DNA of 64,000 bases from the human T2T-CHM13v2.0 reference genome, Homo sapiens. Below the pieces are notes generated by a model. It saw nothing but the letters and a program-made list of their open reading frames with translations, searched no databases and was not told the DNA's origin. Shown here in pieces: positions 60,082-64,000 of this stretch (positions within the stretch are counted from its first letter, which is position 1; each line of letters begins with the position of its first letter). The translations under genes and the position numbers were made by a program. Location: assembly GCF_009914755.1 (NCBI RefSeq), contig NC_060938.1; one strand, 5' to 3'.

Positions 60082-61074
60082 TATACAAAGTGAAGAATCT
60101 GGCTACGCATCCTAGTTTACCTTGACTTCAGGATTAGATCTTTCCAGTCCAGCTGCTGCTGAGCTATTGGTTCCTAATTCACCATTATCCGTGAGCATGG
60201 GATACCTCCCAGCATGGGCTCTAGTCCTCATATCATCATTAAAAACAAGGTCAATATTTTGTGCAGTGTCTTCTCTTTTAGAAATCCCTTCTAAGCTCTT
60301 GCTGTGATGAAAATGGGTTTTGGAGGAGGGGTAGGAGCAGTGGAGGCGAGAAGCCTTTTACTCCCCTGGAAGGTAGAGGGATTATTTCCAGTCTGTTGCT
60401 TTTGGTGTTTCGTCTTTGTCCTGTTACAGCCAGAATGACAAGTAGGTCTCAGCTCTAATGCCAACTCAGAACTTGTGGAAGTGGCAGCCTGGAGCACTGT
60501 GGTGAGGATTCTGGAGCTGCCTCCAGGCTGAGCGGGAAAGAGGCTATGATCGATTAGCCATGTCTGTAAAGGGCTTGGAAAGGGACCCTAGGACATGCAC
60601 CTTGTATTTACTAATCCTGCATTAGGTGAGGTTGTCTTCTTGGAGTGATTTTTCTCCACTTTAGAGATCTGACATGCTTTAAGACATCAGCCACTTTGAA
60701 GAAGCAGGGATGAGGCTTACACTGAGCCAGAACATGTGCAGAAGAGACATTCTCATCTCCTTGGGCCAGAATCCTAGCTAAGGAGATGTGTGACATTTTA
60801 GTAAGCATTCCTGTCAGGAAAGTCTCAATACCCACTTCACATATTTGGTGGAGGTGAGCTTGGCTCTGGTCTGGGCTCAGCCTACTGGCAAGATAGGACA
60901 TAGTTAGAGCCGTAAACCCAAGAAGAGTAGGAGTCTGCAGGGTCTGGAAGAAATGGGAGGGGTTGGCTCTTTTTCTGTCTTTCCTCTTCTTTGCTTAAAA
61001 ACAGGAGCTGTGGATTTGAGAACATGTCTTGCTTCTTGGTGCTAAATTTCTGATGATGGCTTTGTTCAGGATGC

Positions 61075-61330
61075 AGCATAGCGTAGTGGTTATGGGCACA
61101 GACATTGCAGCCAAAGTGTCAGGGTTCATATTCTAGTTCTGCCACTTACTAGCAAGTTACTTAAGCATTCCATGCCTCTGGTTTCTCATCTGGAAAATGA
61201 GGATGCTAGTAATCCGCGTTTTAGAGGGTTGCTCTGAAGATTGAGTTAATTCACATCAAGAGTTTAGGTTAATTCACATCAAGAGTTTAGAATTCTGCCT
61301 AACTCGTAGTAAATGCTATACAAGCATTAG
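61075..61330. mobile_element. MIR
   Basis: gcaagttacttaag...tgcctctggtttctcatctggaaaatgagg core. Confidence 0.75.
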
Positions 61331-61390
61331 TATACAAATTGTTACACAAATTAGTATGCAAACTTGTAATATGTTATTATTTGTTAATTT

Positions 61391-61780
61391 GTATATTAGT
61401 TATCTAATTCTGCATAACAAATCACCCCAAAACTTAATGACTTAAAACAATAATTATTTATTCTCTCTCATTGGGTCAAGGAATTTGGGAGTGGCTTGGC
61501 TAAATGGTTCTGGGTTTTCTCATGTGGTTGCAAACAGATGTCAGCCAGGGCTATTGTTATCTAAAGGACTGAAGGTGTTTCTCTCATATTGTTGGCAAGT
61601 TGGCATTGGCTGTTGGCAAAAGACCTCAGTTCTCCACGTGGGTCTCCACAGGCCTCCTGTGGGAGGCCTTCGTAGTAATGCATCTTAATAGTATGGTGGT
61701 TGGCTTCCCCCAGAGCAAGCAATCTGGGAGACCAAGGCAAATATTGCCAAGCCTTGTATATGTGTGATGCAGCCTTGGAA
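61391..61780. mobile_element. MLT1-family MaLR LTR
   Basis: tgcataacaaatcaccccaaaacttaatgacttaaaacaataa is a typical MLT1 end. Confidence 0.65.
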
Positions 61781-62659
61781 ATCTCATAAACAGAAGAGTA
61801 GTAAGATTTTGAGAGACTGCTGCGGCTGCTGGTTTGAGAATAGACTGGAGGACGGCAGGGATAGAAGCACTTTTTGACTGTCCAGCTTGTTCTGGTACTT
61901 TCCCCCTTGACCAGAACAGCAGGCCTGAGCTGAATGTTACTGTCCTCATTTTACACATCAGAACCTGACTCAGAGATGGCAGGTTACTTGCCAACAGAGC
62001 CAGGATTCTACCAGGGCTGCCCGGCTTCAAAGCCATGGACACACTTACTTGTCAGGATACCCACCACCTGATGGCACAGCTTACAAGGGGAAAACAGATT
62101 CTGTGAAGGATCTTAGTTCCCTTATCTCTTCAAGTCAGGATGGGGAGCTTCAGAGGGCAGAGAGGTACTCATGGATCAGACAAAGGATTGGAACGAGAAA
62201 GGGGTGACCATAGCAGGTGCCATAGCTGTGGGAAGATAGAGGGACTGGGGCAGAGTTTGGAAGGTCTTAGGGACTAGAAGGGTGCAGCCTGGGGAGAGCC
62301 CCTGCAATTGGCTTAGCCTCTCCAAAGTAGAACCCCTGAGGTCAGGGAAATTCTTGGTGTTATTTATTATACCCTAGAGAGCTCTATGCAAAGGGAGCAG
62401 GACCACCCACTTGGGATGGAGTACCTTGCAGGAGTAAAATAAATGAAATTGATCAGTATATATATATATCAGTATGAAAGGAGCTGAAAAATATGATGTT
62501 AGGGAGGAAAAGAACTGCATTGCAGAATTGATGATTTAGTATGATACCATTTATGTAAATTAAAATAATACAAAACAATTCCATATATCATCCTTGGGTG
62601 TGTCTATGTGTGTGTGTGCGCATGCGCACATATACATCTCAAAGTATAAAAGTGGAACT

Positions 62660-62939
62660 GGCCAGGCACACTTGCTCATACCTGTAATCCCAGCACTTGG
62701 GGAGACTGAGGCAGGAGGACTGGTTGAGCTTAGGAGTTTGAGACCAGCTTGGGTAACATAGTAAGCCTCTGTCTCTACAAAAATTTGTTTTTAATTAGCC
62801 AGGCATGGTGGCATGCACCGAGTAGTCCCAGCTACTCTGGAGGCTGAAGTGGGAAGATTGCTTGAGTCTGGGAGGTCATGAGGCTGCAGTGAGCTATGAT
62901 CATGCCACTGCACTCCAGACTGGGCTATAAAGTGAGACA
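62660..62939 (+). mobile_element. Alu (AluJ-like), split near its 3' end by a THE1 LTR; tail at 63296-63322
   Basis: Sense AluJ up to agtgagaca; remainder tctgtttccaaaaaaag lies after the LTR. Confidence 0.85.
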
Positions 62940-63295
62940 TGTATTAGTCCGTTTTCACGCTGCTGATAAAGGCATACCTGAGACTGGGCAATTTACAAAA
63001 GAAAGAGGTTTATTTGGACTTACAGTTCTACATGGCTGGGGAAGCCTCACAATCATGGCAGAGGATGAAAGGCAGTGGCAAGAGAGAATGAGGAGGAAGC
63101 AAAAGTGGAGACCCCTGATAAAGCCATCAGATCTCGTGAGACTTATTCACTATCACAAGAATAGCACGGGAAAGATGATTCAGTTACCCACATTGATTCA
63201 GTTACCTCCCATTGGGTCCCTCCCACAGCATGTGGGAACTCTGAGAGATACAATTGAAGATGAGATTTGGGTGGGGACACAGCCAAATCATATCA
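62940..63295 (-). mobile_element. THE1 solo LTR (MaLR)
   Basis: tgtattagtccgttttcacgctgctgataaag ... gggtggggacacagccaaatcatatca. Confidence 0.9.
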
Positions 63296-63468
63296 TCTGT
63301 TTCCAAAAAAAGAAAAAAAAAGAAGACCAAAGAAGATACACAGCGCACTTATGACAGTGAGTGTCCTGGAGAAGGATGGGAGAGAGGATCAAAAGAGAGT
63401 GTGACTTTATCTGTAATGTTTTGTTTCTGTTGTTTTTGTGGTTTTGTTTGTTTGCTTCAGTTTTTTTA

Positions 63469-63801
<333 letters not shown>

Positions 63802-64000
63802 CTAACAAAATATAAACAGTTGTTAATTCTGGTGGCAGTGCAAGTAATAGTATTCTTTGTCTTTGTCCTTTTTGGAATAAAAAAACTCTGATTTTAAAGC
63901 ATGTTTAAAGTAAAAGGAAAGAGCGAGCTTGTGACTTAAGGTTGCTGGATCTCAGCTGATTGAGAAGGAGGGTGCAGTGGAGGACTGAAGGCAAAATGCC

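Overview
Human (primate) genomic DNA that I recognise as the EXD2-GALNT16 locus (chr14q24.1, from memory of the proteins). The first ~15.9 kb is a repeat-dense EXD2 intron (Alu, L1, MaLR, DNA transposons). Seven + strand coding exons (15885-28167) splice in frame with GT-AG boundaries and encode 510 aa, i.e. residues 112-621 of EXD2: a DEDDy 3'-5' exonuclease domain, a basic linker and a Cys-rich C-terminal region. A long 3' UTR with several poly(A) signals follows. The intergenic region holds two unexplained inverted repeats (195 bp arms at ~95% identity, 100 bp arms at ~86%). A CpG island (~46.6-48.7 kb) contains the first coding exon of GALNT16, followed by its first intron. The top hypothesis is that two small EXD2 exons missed by the ORF track, plus the next exon, encode a PLMP-like segment followed by an HNH-like Zn-finger. 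That is the architecture of IshB, the RuvC-less relative of the IS200/IS605 IscB/Cas9 ancestor, here with the catalytic His replaced. Repeat coordinates are approximate and all family assignments come from memory of consensus sequences, not from searches.
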